In this document: in pieces, positions 24,661 through 38,785 of the stretch
Position numbering within the stretch: position 1 is the stretch's first letter
Layout of the letters: each line of letters begins with the position of its first letter
From: the human T2T-CHM13v2.0 reference genome, Homo sapiens
DNA: 64,000 nt
Reading direction: 5' to 3' (one strand)
NCBI RefSeq assembly: GCF_009914755.1
Contig: NC_060948.1
Program-made: the position numbers and the translations under genes
Notes under the pieces: model-generated
Database searches by the model: none
The model's input: the letters and a program-made list of their open reading frames with translations, nothing else
What the model was told of the DNA's origin: nothing

Positions 24661-27600
24661 ACTGGAATGGAATGTACATGAATGGAATGTAATCGAATGG
24701 AAAGCAATCCAATGGAATAGAATCTAATGCAATAAAATCGACTCAAATAGAGTAGAATGTAATGGAATGGAGTGCAGTGCAATGGAATGGAATGGAATGC
24801 AACGGAATGGAATGGAATGGAATGGAATGGGATGGAATGGTATGGAATGGATAGTAATGGACTGGAGTGAAATGGACTGGAAAAGAATGGACTCAAATTG
24901 AAAGGGCTCGAAAGGAATGGAGTCAAATGGAATGGTCTGGAATGGAATGAACACGAATGTAATGCAATCCAATAGAATGGAATCGAATGGCATGGAATAT
25001 AAAGAAATGGAATCGAAGAGAATGGAGACAAATGGAATGGAATTGAATGGAATGGAATTGAATGGAATGGGAACGAATGGAGTGAAATTGTATGCAGTAG
25101 AAGAGAATAGAATGGAATGCAAGCGAAAGGAAAGGAATGGATTGGAATGGAATGGAATTCATTGGAATGGAAGGGAATGTAGTGTAATGGACAGGCCTGG
25201 AATAAAGTGGAATGCTACGGTCTCGAATGGAATAAAAATGTATGGAATGGAATGCAATGAAACGGAATCGAATGTCATAGAATGTAATGGAATGCAAAAA
25301 AATGGAATCCAAAATCATTGACTGGAAAGGCTGGGTGTCGAAAGGAATTGACTCCAATGGAATGGAATCGAATGGAATGGAAGTGAATAGAATCGAACTA
25401 AATCGAATGGAATGGAATTGATAGGAACGGAATGGAAAGGAATGCAATGATTTGGCATGGAATGGAATCGAAAGGCATCGAATGGAATGGAATGGAATGC
25501 AATGGAATGGAATGTATTAGAATGTAATGAACATTAATGGAAAGTACTCGAATGGATTCGACTGGAATGGAATGTTCTGGAAGTGAATGGACTCCAATGG
25601 AATGGATTCGAAAGGAATGGAATCGAACGGAATGGAATTAAACGGAAATGAATCAAATAGAATAGAACGGAATTGAATTGAATGGAATCGAATGCAATGG
25701 AATCTAATGAAACGGAAAGGAATGGAATGGAATGGGCTGGAATGGAATGGAATCGAAACGAATGGAATGGAATCGAACTGAAGAGACTGGAATGGAATGC
25801 ACTGGAATGGAAGGGAATGTAATGGAAGGTTCTCGAAAAAAATGGAATCGAAAGGAATGGAATTGAATGGAACGGAATAGAGTCGAATGGAATTCAATGG
25901 AATGGAATGGACTAGAGTGAAATGGAATCGAACCACAAGGAATGGACAGGAATAGAATGGTCTCGAATTGAATGGAATCGTATGGAATGGCATCAAACGG
26001 AATGGAATGGACGGCCACGGAATGGAATGCACTCGAATGCAATGGAGTCGAAACTAATGGACTGGAATAGAATGGACTCGACTGGTACGGACTCCAATGG
26101 AATGGAATCGAATGGAAGGGAATCGAACGGAATGGACTCGAAGGGAAAAGACTGCAATGGAAAGGTCTCGAATGGAATGGAAATTAATGGAATGGAATGG
26201 AATCGAATGAAATGGAGTCAAAAGGAATGGAATCGAATGGCAAGAAATCGAATGTAATGGAATCGCAAGGAATTGATGTGAACGGAACGGAATGGAATGG
26301 AATACAAAGGAATGGAATAGAATGGAATGGAATCGAATGGAAAGGACTCGAATGGAAATCACTCGAATAGAATGCAATTTAATAAAATAGGATCAAATGT
26401 AATGGAATGGAATGGAAAGGAATCGAAACGAAAGGAATGGAGACAGATGGAATGGAATGGAACAGAGAGCAATGGTATAGAATGGAATGGAATCATCTGG
26501 AATGGAATTGAATGGAATGGAATAATATGAAATGGAATGGAATGGAATGGAATGCCCTTGAATTAAATGGACTGGAATGGAATGGACTCGAACAGAGTGG
26601 AATGGAAAGTGTTGAAATAGAATGGAATGGACTCGTTTGGAATGGTCTAGTATGCAATGCAATCGACTGGCAGGGAATCAAAAGGAATGTAATCGAATGG
26701 ATTGGACTGGAATGCAATGGACTCGAATAGATTGGAAACGGAAAGCAAAGGAATGGAATGGAATAGTATGGAATGGAATGCAAAGGAATGGAGTGGAATA
26801 GACTAGAGTGGAATGGAATGGACTCGAAAGCAATGGACTGGAATGGAACTTTCTTGAATGGACTGGAATCAAACGGAATGGAATGCAATGCAATCAAATG
26901 GCATGGAATAAAATAGAATGAAAGAGAATCAAATGGAATTGAATCGAATGGAATCGAATGGATTGGAAAGGAATAGAATGGAATGGAATGGAATTGACTC
27001 AAATGGAATGGACTAGAATGGAATGGATTCGAATGGAAGGCAAAGGAATGGAATCTATTGGAATGGACTGTAATGGAATGGAATGGAAGGGATTGTAATG
27101 GACTCGAATGGAATGGACTGCAGTAGAAAGGATTCGAATGGAATGAAAAAGAATTGAATGGAATAGAACAGAATGGAATCAAATCGAATGAAATGGAATG
27201 GAATAGAAAGGAATGGAATGAAATGGAATGGAAAGGATTCGAATGGAATGCAATCGAATGGAATGAAATCGAATGGAATGGAATCGAACGGAATGGAATA
27301 AAATGGAAGAAAACTGGCAAGAAATGGAATCGAAATGAATGGAGTGTTACGGAACGGACTCAAAAGGAATTGAATGTAATAGAATGGAGTGGAGTGGACT
27401 CGAATATAATGGACTAGAATGGAATGAAATCACATGGAATGGGAACGAATGGAATGGAATGGAAAGGAATGGAATCGAATGGAAAGGAATCGAATGGAAG
27501 GGAATGAAATTGAATCAACAGGAATGGAAGGGAGTAGAATAGACGGTAATGGAATGGACTCGAATAGAATGGACACGAATGCTCAAATTGAATGGACTCG

Positions 27601-30600
27601 AATGGAATGGCAACGAAAGGAATGTCATCGAATGGAATTGAATCGTTGGAATGAAATCACATAGAATGGAGTGGAATCAAATGGAATTGAATCGAAAGGA
27701 AAGGAAGCGAATGGACTGAAATGAAATGGAATGGAATTGAATGGAAATTAATGCAATGGAATAGAATGGAACGAAATTTCACGGAATGGAATCAAACTGA
27801 ATGGAATCAAATCAATGGAATATAATCAAATGGAATGGAAAGGAATTGAATGGAGTAGATTGGATTGGATGGGATTGGAATGAAATGTACTGGAAAGGAC
27901 TCGAATTTCATGAAACGGAATGGAATGAATTAGAACGGAATGGACTCGAATGGAATGGAATGTCATGGAATGGCATCAAATGGAATGGAATCGAATGCAA
28001 TGGAATGCTTTGGAATGGAATGGAATGCATTGGAATGGAATGTCCTCTAATGGAATGTATTCGAGTGGAATGGAATCGAATATAATGGAGTCTATTGAAA
28101 TGGAATTGAAAGGAATGGGACCGAATACAATGGAATAAACTGGAATGTAATGTAATGAACTCGAATGTAATTGACTGGAATGGAATGTACATGAATGGAA
28201 TGTAATCGAATGGAAAGCAATCCAATGGAATAGAATCTAATGCAATAAAATCGACTCAAATAGAGTAGAATGTAATGGAATGGAGTGCAGTGCAATGGAA
28301 TGGAATGGAATGCAATGGAATGGAATGGAATGGAATGGAATGGGATGGAATGGTATGGAATGGATAGTAATGGACTGGAGTGAAATGGACTGGAAAAGAA
28401 TGGACTCAAATTGAAAGGGCTCGAAAGGAATGGAGTCAAATGGAATGGTCTGGAATGGAATGAACACGAATGTAATGCAATCCAATAGAATGGAATCGAA
28501 TGGCATGGAATATAAAGAAATGGAATCGAAGAGAATGGAGACAAATGGAATGGAATTGAATGGAATGGAATTGAATGGAATGGGAACGAATGGAGTGAAA
28601 TTGTATGCAGTAGAAGAGAATAGAATGGAATGCAAGCGAAAGGAAAGGAATGGATTGGAATGGAATGGAATTCATTGGAATGGAAGGGAATGTAGTGTAA
28701 TGGACAGGCCTGGAATAAAGTGGAATGCTACGGTCTCGAATGGAATAAAAATGTATGGAATGGAATGCAATGAAACGGAATCGAATGTCATAGAATGTAA
28801 TGGAATGCAAAAAAATGGACTCCAAAATCATTGACTGGAAAGGCTGGGTGTCGAAAGGAATTGACTCCAATGGAATGGAATCGAATGGAATGGAAGTGAA
28901 TAGAATCGAACTAAATCGAATGGAATGGAATTGATAGGAACGGAATGGAAAGGAATGCAATGATTTGGCATGGAATGGAATCGAAAGGCATCGAATGGAA
29001 TGGAATGGAATGCAATGGAATGGAATGTATTAGAATGTAATGAACATTAATGGAAAGTACTCGAATGGATTCGACTGGAATGGAATGTTCTGGAAGTGAA
29101 TGGACTCCAATGGAATGGAGTCGAAAGGAATGGAATCGAACGGAATGGAATTAAACGGAAATGAATCAAATAGAATAGAACGGAATTGAATTGAATGGAA
29201 TCGAATGCAATGGAATCTAATGAAACGGAAAGGAATGGAATGGAATGGGCTGGAATGGAATGGAAACGAAACGAATGGAATGGAATCGAACTGAAGAGAC
29301 TGGAATGGAATGCACTGGAATGGAAGGGAATGTAATGGAAGGTTCTCGAAAAAAATGGAATCGAAAGGAATGGAATTGAATGGAACGGAATAGAGTCGAA
29401 TGGAATTCAATGGAATGGAATGGACTAGAGTGAAATGGAATCGAACCACAAGGAATGGACAGGAATAGAATGGTCTCGAATTGAATGGAATCGTATGGAA
29501 TGGCATCAAACGGAATGGAATGGACGGCCACGGAATGGAATGCACTCGAATGCAATGGAGTCGAAACTAATGGACTGGAATAGAATGGACTCGACTGGTA
29601 CGGACTCCAATGGAATGGAATCGAATGGAAGGGAATCGAACGGAATGGACTCGAAGGGAAAAGACTGCAATGGAAAGGTCTCGAATGGAATGGAAATTAA
29701 TGGAATGGAATGGAATCGAATGAAATGGAGTCAAAAGGAATGGAATCGAATGGCAAGAAATCGAATGTAATGGAATCGCAAGGAATTGATGTGAACGGAA
29801 CGGAATGGAATGGAATCCAAAGGAATGGAATAGAATGGAATGGAATCGAATGGAAAGGACTCGAATGGAAATCACTCGAATAGAATGCAATTTAATAAAA
29901 TAGGATCAAATGTAATGGAATGGAACGGAAAGGAATCGAAACGAAAGGAATGGAGACAGATGGAATGGAATGGAACAGAGAGCAATGGTATAGAATGGAA
30001 TGGAATCATCTGGAATGGAATTGAATGGAATGGAATAATATGAAATGGAATGGAATGGAATGGAATGCCCTTGAATTAAATGGACTGGAATGGAATGGAC
30101 TCGAACAGAGTGGAATGGAAAGTGTTGAAATAGAATGGAATGGACTCGTTTGGAATGGTCTAGTATGCAATGCAATAGACTGGCAGGGAATCAAAAGGAA
30201 TGTAATCGAATGGATTGGACTGGAATGCAATGGACTCGAATAGATTGGAAACGGAAAGCAAAGGAATGGAATGGAATAGTATGGAATGGAATGCAAAGGA
30301 ATGGAGTGGAATAGACTAGAGTGGAATGGAATGGACTCGAAAGCAATGGACTGGAATGGAACTTTCTTGAATGGACTGGAATCAAACGGAATGGAATGCA
30401 ATGCAATCAAATGGCATGGAATAAAATAGAATGAAAGAGAATCAAATGGAATTGAATCGAATGGAATCGAATGGATTGGAAAGGAATAGAATGGAATGGA
30501 ATGGAATTGACTCAAATGGAATGGACTAGAATGGAATGGATTCGAATGGAAGGCAAAGGAATGGAATCTATTGGAATGGACTGTAATGGAATGGAATGGA

Positions 30601-31687
30601 AGGGATTGGAATGGACTCGAATGGAATGGACTGCAGTAGAAAGGATTCGAATGGAATGAAAAAGAATTGAATGGAATAGAACAGAATGGAATCAAATCGA
30701 ATGAAATGGAATGGAATAGAAAGGAATGGAATGAAATGGAATGGAAAGGATTCGAATGGAATGCAATCGAATGGAATGAAATCGAATGGAATGGAATCGA
30801 ACGGAATGGAATAAAATGGAAGAAAACTGGCAAGAAATGGAATCGAAATGAATGGAGTGTTATGGAACGGACTCAAAAGGAATTGAATGTAATAGAATGG
30901 AGTGGAGTGGACTCGAATATAATGGACTAGAATGGAATGAAATCACATGGAATGGGAACGAATGGAATGGAATGGAAAGGAATGGAATCGAATGCAAAGG
31001 AATCGAATGGAAGGGAATGAAATTGAATCAACAGGAATGGAAGGGAGTAGAATAGACGGTAATGGAATGGACTCGAATAGAATGGACACGAATGCTCAAA
31101 TTGAATGGACTCGAATGGAATGGCAACGAAAGGAATGTCATCGAATGGAATTGAATCGATTGGAATGAAATCACATAGAATGGAGTGGAATCAAATGGAA
31201 TTGAATCGAAAGGAAAGGAAGCGAATGGACTGAAATGAAATGGAATGGAATTGAATGGAAATTAATTCAATGGCATAGAATGGAACGAAATTTCACGGAA
31301 TGGAATCAAACTGAATGGAATCAAATCAATGGAATATAATCAAATGGAATGGAAAGGAATTGAATGGAGTAGATTGAATTGGATGGGATTGGAATGAAAT
31401 GTACTGGAAAGGACTCGAATTTCATGAAACGGAATGGAATGAATTAGAACGGAATGGACTCGAATGGAATGGAATGTCATGGAATGGCATCAAATGGAAT
31501 GGAATCGAATGCGATGGAATGCTATGGAATGGAATGGAATGCATTGGAATGGAATGTCCTCTAATGGAATGTATTCGAGTGGAATGGAATCGAATATAAT
31601 GGAGTCTAATGAAATGGAATTGAAAGGAATGGGACCGAATACAATGGAATATACTGGAATGTAATGTAATGAACTCGAATGTAATTG
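24661..31687 (+). repeat. DYZ1 units U8 (24661-28173) and U9 (28174-31687), chimeric type A'
   Basis: A-type 5' part (aaaggcatcg, acattaat, acggcc) joined to a non-A 3' part (tgcaaagg, gcagtag, ggcaacg). Both share ggagaca and ggactagaatggaatgaaatc. Confidence 0.85.
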
Positions 31688-34600
31688 ACTGGAATGGAAT
31701 GTACATGAATGGAATGTAATCGAATGGAAAGCAATCCAATGGAATAGAATCTAATGCAATAAAATCGAGTCAAATAGAGTAGAATGTAATGGAATGGAGT
31801 GCAGTGCAATGGAATGGAATGGAATGGAATGCAATGGAATGGAATGGAATGGAATGGGATGGAATGGTATGGAATGGATAGTAATGGACTGGAGTGAAAT
31901 GGACTGGAAAAGAATGGACTCAAATTGAAAGGGCTCGAAAGGAATGGAGTCAAATGGAATGGTCTGGAATGGAATGAACACGAATGTAATGCAATCCAAT
32001 AGAATGGAATCGAATGGCATGGAATATAAAGAAATGGAATCGAAGAGAATGGAAACAAATGGAATGGAATTGAATGGAATGGAATTGAATGGAATGGGAA
32101 CGAATGGAGTGAAATTGTATGCAGTAGAAGAGAATAGAATGGAATGCAAGCGAAAGGAAAGGAATGGATTGGAATGGAATGGAATTCATTGGAATGGAAG
32201 GGAATGTAGTGTAATGGACAGGCCTGGAATAAAGTGGAATGCTACGGTCTCGAATGGAATAAAAATGTATGGAACGGAATGCAATGAAACGGAATCGAAT
32301 GTCATAGAATGTAATGGAATGCAAAAAAATGGACTCCAAAATCATTGACTGGAAAGGCTGGGTGTCGAAAGGAATTGACTCCAATGGAATGGAATCGAAT
32401 GGAATGGAAGTGAATAGAATCGAACTAAATCGAATGGAATGGAATTGATAGGAACGGAATGGAAAGGAATGCAATGATTTGGCATGGAATGGAATCGAAT
32501 GGCATCGAATGGAATGGAATGGAATGCAATGGAATGGAATGTATTAGAATGTAATGAACTTTAATGGAATGTACTCGAATGGATTCGACTGGAATGGAAT
32601 GTTCTCGAAGTGAATGGACTCCAATGGAATGGATTCGAAAGGAATGGAATCTAATGGAATGGAATTAAATGGAAATGAATCAAATTGAATAGAACGGAAT
32701 TGAATTGAATGGAATCGAATGCAATGGAATCTAATGAAACGGAAAGGAAAGGAATGGAATGGATTGGAATGGAATGGGCTGGAATGGAATGGAATCGAAA
32801 CGAATGGAATGGAATCGAACTGAAGAGACTGGAATGGAATGCACTGGAATGGAAGGGAATGTAATGGAAGGTTCTCGAAAAAAATGGAATCGAAAGGAAT
32901 GGAATTGAATGGAACGGAATAGAGTCGAATGGAATTGAATGGAATGGAATGGACTAGAGTGAAATGGAATCGAACCACAAGGAATGGACAGGAATAGAAT
33001 GGTCTCGAATTGAATGGAATCGTATGGAATGGCATCAAACGGAATGGAATGGACAGCCACGGAATGGAATGGACACCCACGGAATGGAATGCACTCGAAT
33101 GCAATGGAGTCGACACTAATGGACTGGAATAGAATGGACTCGACTGGTACGGACTCCAATGGAATGGAATCGAATGGAAGGGAATCGAAAGGAATGGACT
33201 CGAAGGGAAAAGACTGCAATGGAAAGGTCTCGAATGGAATGGAAATTAATGGAATGGAATGGAATCGAATGAAATGGAGTCAAAAGGAATGGAATCGAAT
33301 GGCAAGAAATCGAATGTAATGGAATCGCAAGGAATTGATGTGAACGGAACGGAATGGAATGGAATCCAAAGGAATGGAATAGAATGGAATGGAATCGAAT
33401 GGAAAGGACTCGAATGGAAATCACTCGAATAGAATGCAATTTAATAAAATAGGATCAAATGTAATGGAATGGAATGGAAAGGAATCGAAACGAAAGGAAT
33501 GGAGACAGATGGAATGGAATGGAACAGAGAGCAATGGTATAGAATGGAATGGAATCATCTGGAATGGAATTGAATGGAATGGAATAATATGAAATGGAAT
33601 GGAATGGAATGGAATGCCCTTGAATTAAATGGACTGGAATGCAATGGACTCGAACAGAGTGGAATGGAAAGTGTTGAAATAGAATGGAATGGACTCGTTT
33701 GGAATGGTCTAGTATGCAATGCAATCGACTGGCAGGGAATCAAAAGGAATGTAATCGAATGGATTGGACTGGAATGCAATGGACTCGAATAGATTGGAAG
33801 CGGAAAGCAAAGGAATGGAATGGAATAGTATGGAATGGAATGCAAAGGAATGGAGTGGAATAGACTAGAGTGGAATGGAATGGACTCGAAAGCAATGGAC
33901 TGGAATGGAACTTTCTTGAATGGACTGGAATCAAACGGAATGGAATGCAATGCAATCAAATGGCATGGAATAAAATAGAATGAAAGAGAATCAAATGGAA
34001 TTGAATCGAATGGAATCGAATGGATTGGAAAGGAATAGAATGGAATGGAATGGAATTGACTCAAATGGAATGGACTAGAATGGAATGGATTCGAATGGAA
34101 GGCAAAGGAATGGAATCTATTGGAATGGACTGTAATGGAATGGAATGGAAGGGATTGGAATGGACTCGAATGGAATGCGCTGCAATAGAAAGGATTCGAA
34201 TGGAATGAAAAAGAATTGAATGGAATAGAACAGAATGGAATCAAATCGAATGAAATGGAATGGAATAGAAAGGAATGCAATGAAATGGAATGGAAAGGAT
34301 TCCAATGGAATGCAATCGAATGGAATGCAATCGAATGGAATGGAATCGAACGGAATGGAATAAAATGGAAGAAAACTGGCAAGAAATGGAATCGAAATGA
34401 ATGGAGTGTTATGGAACGGACTCAAAAGGAATTGAATGTAATAGAATGGAGTGGAGTGGACTCGAATATAATGGACTGGAATGGAATGAAATCACATGGA
34501 ATGGGAACGAATGGAATGGAATGGAAAGGAATGGAATCGAATGCAAAGGAATCGAATGGAAGGGAATGAAATTGAATCAACAGGAATGGAAGGGAGTAGA

Positions 34601-37600
34601 ATAGACGGTAATGGAATGGACTCGAATAGAATGGACACGAATGCTCAAATTGAATGGACTCGAATGGAATGGCAACGAAAGGAATGTCATCGAATGGAAT
34701 TGAATCGATTGGAATGAAATCACATAGAATGGAGTGGAATCAAATGGAATTGAATCGAAAGGAAAGGAAGCGAATGGACTGAAATGAAATGGAATGGAAT
34801 TGAATGGAAATTAATTCAATGGCATAGAATGGAACGAAATTTCACGGAATGGAATCAAACTGAATGGAATCAAATCAATGGAATATAATCAAATGGAATG
34901 GAAAGGAATTGAATGGAGTAGATTGAATTGGATGGGATTGGAATGAAATGTACTGGAAAGGACTCGAATTTCATGAAACGGAATGGAATGAATTAGAACG
35001 GAATGGACTCGAATGGAATGGAATGTCATGGAATGGCATCAAATGGAATGGAATCGAATGTGATGGAATGCTATGGAATGGAATGGAATGCATTGGAATG
35101 GAATGTCCTCTAATGGAATGTATTCGAGTGGAATGGAATCGAATATAATGGAGTCTAATGAAATGGAATTGAAAGGAATGGGACCGAATACAATGGAATA
35201 TACTGGAATGTAATGTAATGAACTCGAATGTAATTGACTGGAATGGAATGTACATGAATGGAATGTAATCGAATGGAAAGCAATCCAATGGAATAGAATC
35301 TAATGCAATAAAATCGAGTCAAATAGAGTAGAATGTAATGGAATGGAGTGCAGTGCAATGGAATGGAATGGAATGGAATGCAATGGAATGGAATGGAATG
35401 GAATGGGATGGAATGGTATGGAATGGATAGTAATGGACTGGAGTGAAATGGACTGGAAAAGAATGGACTCAAATTGAAAGGGCTCGAAAGGAATGGAGTC
35501 AAATGGAATGGTCTGGAATGGAATGAACACGAATGTAATGCAATCCAATAGAATGGAATCGAATGGCATGGAATATAAAGAAATGGAATCGAAGAGAATG
35601 GAAACAAATGGAATGGAATTGAATGGAATGGAATTGAATGGAATGGGAACGAATGGAGTGAAATTGTATGCAGTAGAAGAGAATAGAATGGAATGCAAGC
35701 GAAAGGAAAGGAATGGATTGGAATGGAATGGAATTCATTGGAATGGAAGGGAATGTAGTGTAATGGACAGGCCTGGAATAAAGTGGAATGCTACGGTCTC
35801 GAATGGAATAAAAATGTATGGAACGGAATGCAATGAAACGGAATCGAATGTCATAGAATGTAATGGAATGCAAAAAAATGGACTCCAAAATCATTGACTG
35901 GAAAGGCTGGGTGTCGAAAGGAATTGACTCCAATGGAATGGAATCGAATGGAATGGAAGTGAATAGAATCGAACTAAATCGAATGGAATGGAATTGATAG
36001 GAACGGAATGGAAAGGAATGCAATGATTTGGCATGGAATGGAATCGAATGGCATCGAATGGAATGGAATGGAATGCAATGGAATGGAATGTATTAGAATG
36101 TAATGAACTTTAATGGAATGTACTCGAATGGATTCGACTGGAATGGAATGTTCTCGAAGTGAATGGACTCCAATGGAATGGATTCGAAAGGAATGGAATC
36201 TAATGGAATGGAATTAAATGGAAATGAATCAAATTGAATAGAACGGAATTGAATTGAATGGAATCGAATGCAATGGAATCTAATGAAACGGAAAGGAAAG
36301 GAATGGAATGGATTGGAATGGAATGGGCTGGAATGGAATGGAATCGAAACGAATGGAATGGAATCGAACTGAAGAGACTGGAATGGAATGCACTGGAATG
36401 GAAGGGAATGTAATGGAAGGTTCTCGAAAAAAATGGAATCGAAAGGAATGGAATTGAATGGAACGGAATAGAGTCGAATGGAATTGAATGGAATGGAATG
36501 GACTAGAGTGAAATGGAATCGAACCACAAGGAATGGACAGGAATAGAATGGTCTCGAATTGAATGGAATCGTATGGAATGGCATCAAACGGAATGGAATG
36601 GACAGCCACGGAATGGAATGGACACCCACGGAATGGAATGCACTCGAATGCAATGGAGTCGACACTAATGGACTGGAATAGAATGGACTCGACTGGTACG
36701 GACTCCAATGGAATGGAATCGAATGGAAGGGAATCGAAAGGAATGGACTCGAAGGGAAAAGACTGCAATGGAAAGGTCTCGAATGGAATGGAAATTAATG
36801 GAATGGAATGGAATCGAATGAAATGGAGTCAAAAGGAATGGAATCGAATGGCAAGAAATCGAATGTAATGGAATCGCAAGGAATTGATGTGAACGGAACG
36901 GAATGGAATGGAATCCAAAGGAATGGAATAGAATGGAATGGAATCGAATGGAAAGGACTCGAATGGAAATCACTCGAATAGAATGCAATTTAATAAAATA
37001 GGATCAAATGTAATGGAATGGAATGGAAAGGAATCGAAACGAAAGGAATGGAGACAGATGGAATGGAATGGAACAGAGAGCAATGGTATAGAATGGAATG
37101 GAATCATCTGGAATGGAATTGAATGGAATGGAATAATATGAAATGGAATGGAATGGAATGGAATGCCCTTGAATTAAATGGACTGGAATGCAATGGACTC
37201 GAACAGAGTGGAATGGAAAGTGTTGAAATAGAATGGAATGGACTCGTTTGGAATGGTCTAGTATGCAATGCAATCGACTGGCAGGGAATCAAAAGGAATG
37301 TAATCGAATGGATTGGACTGGAATGCAATGGACTCGAATAGATTGGAAGCGGAAAGCAAAGGAATGGAATGGAATAGTATGGAATGGAATGCAAAGGAAT
37401 GGAGTGGAATAGACTAGAGTGGAATGGAATGGACTCGAAAGCAATGGACTGGAATGGAACTTTCTTGAATGGACTGGAATCAAACGGAATGGAATGCAAT
37501 GCAATCAAATGGCATGGAATAAAATAGAATGAAAGAGAATCAAATGGAATTGAATCGAATGGAATCGAATGGATTGGAAAGGAATAGAATGGAATGGAAT

Positions 37601-38785
37601 GGAATTGACTCAAATGGAATGGACTAGAATGGAATGGATTCGAATGGAAGGCAAAGGAATGGAATCTATTGGAATGGACTGTAATGGAATGGAATGGAAG
37701 GGATTGGAATGGACTCGAATGGAATGCGCTGCAATAGAAAGGATTCGAATGGAATGAAAAAGAATTGAATGGAATAGAACAGAATGGAATCAAATCGAAT
37801 GAAATGGAATGGAATAGAAAGGAATGGAATGAAATGGAATGGAAAGGATTCGAATGGAATGCAATCGAATGGAATGCAATCGAATGGAATGGAATCGAAC
37901 GGAATGGAATAAAATGGAAGAAAACTGGCAAGAAATGGAGTCGAAATGAATGGAGTGTTATGGAACGGACTCAAAAGGAATTGAATGTAATAGAATGGAG
38001 TGGAGTGGACTCGAATATAATGGACTGGAGTGGAATGAAATCACATGGAATGGGAACGAATGGAATGGAATGGAAAGGAATGGAATCGAATGGAAAGGAA
38101 TCGAATGGAAGGGAATGAAATTGAATCAACAGGAATGGAAGGGAGTAGAATAGACGGTAATGGAATGGACTCGAATAGAATGGACACGAATGCTCAAATT
38201 GAATGGACTCGAATGGAATGGAAACGAAAGGAATGTCATCGAATGGAATTGAATCTATTGGAATGAAATCACATAGAATGGAGTGGAATCAAATGGAATT
38301 GAATCGAAAGGAAAGGAAGCGAATGGACTGAAATGAAATGGAATGGAATTGAATGGAAATTAATGCAATGGAATAGAATGGAACGAAATTTCACGGAATG
38401 GAATCAAACTGAATGGAATCAAATCAATGGAATATAATCAAATGGAATGGAAAGGAATTGAATGGAGTAGATTGGATTGGATGGGATTGGAATGAAATGT
38501 ACTGGAAAGGACTCGAATTTCATGAAACGGAATGGAATGAATTAGAACGGAATGGACTCGAATGGAATGGAATGTCATGGAATGGCATCAAATGGAATGG
38601 AATCGAATGCGATGGAATGCTATGGAATGGAATGGAATGCATTGGAATGGAATGTCCTCTAATGGAATGGATTCGAGTGGAATGGAATCGAATATAATGG
38701 AGTCTAATGAAATAGAATTGAAAGGAATGGGACCGAATACAATGGAATATACAGGAATGTAATGTAATGAACTCGAATGTAATTG
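31688..38785 (+). repeat. DYZ1 units U10 (31688-35236) and U11 (35237-38785), 3549 bp each
   Basis: First units with the 20-bp acagccac/acacccac duplication. Both share tatggaacgg, gaatgcgctg and ggaagcggaaag. Confidence 0.85.
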
